From Rozella allomycis CSF55 (Eukaryota), in NCBI GenBank assembly GCA_000442015.1, contig KE560428.1, positions 1 to 64,000 of the forward strand: DNA of 64,000 nt, given 5' to 3'. Of the stretch, positions 62,182-64,000 are shown piece after piece (position 1 is the first letter of the stretch; every line of letters begins with the position of its first letter). The notes below the pieces were generated by a model, which saw nothing but the letters and a program-made list of their open reading frames with translations, was not told where the DNA came from and did not search any database. A program made the translations under genes and the position numbers.

Positions 62182-62336
62182 GAATTAAGGATGATTTCGA
62201 ATTTTTCGTTTATTGAAAAGGTAAGTGGGTTTTAATACGATTATTGAATTAATTATAATATTTAAGGAAAAAAAATTGTATAATGAAAAAAACTTAAATG
62301 GTTTGTAAATATATATTTGATAGCTATCGGAAGTTA

Positions 62337-62807
62337 ATGAACAACACCACCAATTCCAGAATCTTCGTCGGGGATGGTTATCGACCCACATTTTCCAAGT
62401 ATGATAGAATAACTATGATGGAAGATCAATTAAACACAAGCCCTTTGAATAGAACGAAGAAAGTCTTTGCAACCGTGGACCTTGATTCCAATAAACACCT
62501 TAATCGACGTCGATCTTCACGATCTGCCTCAAAAAATCTTGTGCCTGAAAGGATATTGATGAATTTGAAAGAAATGGCAAACATTCATAAAGAGGAAGAT
62601 CTTTTAATTGATACTGTGAGAAACATTACAACCAGTATACGAGGTGTAAAGAATGGTTGGAAACAAATGGAAGAATCTACGAGGCAAGTTCTTGGGAAAG
62701 AATTTGAAATACAATCTTTGCATAGCACCTTTAATGCCAGTAGTATGGGATTATACAAAACTTCTTCAATTACAGATTCGAAAATAATTTGGCAGCAAGA
62801 CAATTAA
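62337..62807 (+). CDS. hypothetical protein
   Basis: ATG-initiated ~156-aa ORF with helical/coiled-coil character; no recognised motif. Confidence 0.5.
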   Translation: MNNTTNSRIFVGDGYRPTFSKYDRITMMEDQLNTSPLNRTKKVFATVDLDSNKHLNRRRSSRSASKNLVPERILMNLKEMANIHKEEDLLIDTVRNITTSIRGVKNGWKQMEESTRQVLGKEFEIQSLHSTFNASSMGLYKTSSITDSKIIWQQDN

Positions 62808-62875
62808 ATTATTCATTTATTCGGTTCAAGAACTCTGTTTTGGAGTTTTTTTATTTATTGTTTATATTTTGAGAA

Positions 62876-64000
62876 ATGATCAACGAATCCGTTAGAACAC
62901 TCCCAGAGAGACTTCCAGTGTTAGTGGATTATGGTGCAAAAATTTTAAAATCTCTTGAATATTTATATGATATTATGAAATCGACAGACGAACCGCCAGA
63001 TATTGAGCCAAATCCACTTTTTATATTGAAACCTTTGATTTTAACAGAAACCGCTTTCAGTTCCATAAATAAGCTTTTGAACAGAAAATTCCCTTTATTG
63101 CCAGATATCTCACATGTAAATGATAAATTTTGCCATTGAAGAGACTAAAGGGTTTCAGGAGTTTTGTCTAGCGCACAATGAGGTGATGCAAAGTTGTGAA
63201 ATCTTTTACAGCTGCATGCTTCGAATCACTCATTTGTATCAGGAATCTATTATTGCACTTAATGATGTATCTCAAATAGTGCCCAATAAAGTAAAGAACT
63301 ATTTTCCACCAATAAAAGATATGCTTTACAAGCAATATAGCAATATACTCATCTTTGATAATGTCTAACATCGTTAATATATTCATAATATTGGCACAAA
63401 TGCCAGAGCTTAAAGTCACAGTTGCTGCCTTCAAGGTAGCAAAAGATTTTATAAAAACATTCCAACAAGGAGATGATTATTATGATACTATCTCAAGTTT
63501 AATAATGGAATACGAAGAGAATGTTTTATCTACCCTTCAAGCAAACTTTTCATTTATAGGTCCATGGTTTGGAAACTTATTCGAGTCCCTGAAACCAGAT
63601 ATTCAAACAGCTACGCAATCTTGTGAGGCTTTAAGGAGAGACAACAATTTAAACATTTTGGTTCCGTTTAACATTGAAGGCTGGAATTTACAATCGGTAT
63701 ATCTACACTTCAGTTTTAAGATCAGTATTTAACAACTTTGACAAGAAACAACACATTCTTCAAATCCTTAAGTTTTAATGCCTTACTTTTTCCTGATGAA
63801 CTCAACAAACCAACTGTTATGGAGACTGTCAAATATCTATACCAATATCAACTCGCAGCACCTTTATTTGGTTCTGAGGTATTTTTCATATTAAATGAAA
63901 ATAAAGATGATTGACTACAAAAAAATATTTGAAGCAGCTACAAAGTCACATTTTAAAGTAGGGAAAAGTGTCTTGTCTGTTTTGTAAGTTTTTTGATGAC
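62876..64000 (+). CDS. Nck-associated protein 1 (Nap1/NCKAP1, WAVE complex)-like, multi-exon, runs off the window
   Basis: LPERLPVLVDYG..IL...LLNRKFP resembles the NCKAP1 start (LAEKL..L.DRG..ML...RKFP); FPDEL...APLFG.E resembles a later NCKAP1 block. Confidence 0.6.

Noticed and set aside
1-64000. tRNA, rRNA or CRISPR arrays
   Set aside because: None recognised by eye; tRNAscan-SE or Infernal would be needed to exclude small RNA genes

Overview
Gene-dense, AT-rich eukaryotic genomic DNA with very short (~25-35 nt) GT-AG introns and tiny intergenic gaps. This style, the fungal-type genes and a 'RVDPSAQDNYAI' ankyrin repeat suggest an early-diverging fungus or fungal relative such as Rozella (inference, not verified). 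About 35 protein-coding genes are visible, mostly conserved housekeeping genes (EMC2, NVJ2, RasGEF, ORC4, ATRX-like SNF2, PFK-2/FBPase-2, IPI1, CHK1, PEX12, CCT2, TIM22, RBM39, midasin, RMI1, SCJ1, QCR9, BNA1, a P450, NCKAP1-like). The standout is 27071-34399. Removing two 27-nt introns joins the two long ORFs into one ~2420-aa protein: an N-terminal RIG-I-CTD-like Zn module, a Dicer/RIG-I-type DExH helicase, a eukaryotic RdRP, a Cid1/TUTase-type nucleotidyltransferase and an unknown C-terminal domain. It looks like a whole RNA-silencing amplification complex in a single chain. It lies tail-to-tail with a locally duplicated family of signal-peptide AIG1-like GTPases. Also notable are a membrane-anchored His-brace LPMO-like protein and a pair of paralogous small secreted X-Pro propeptide/glycine-rich proteins. 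Single-N scaffold joins create several artefactual duplications. Gene boundaries were inferred by eye and are approximate where introns are involved.
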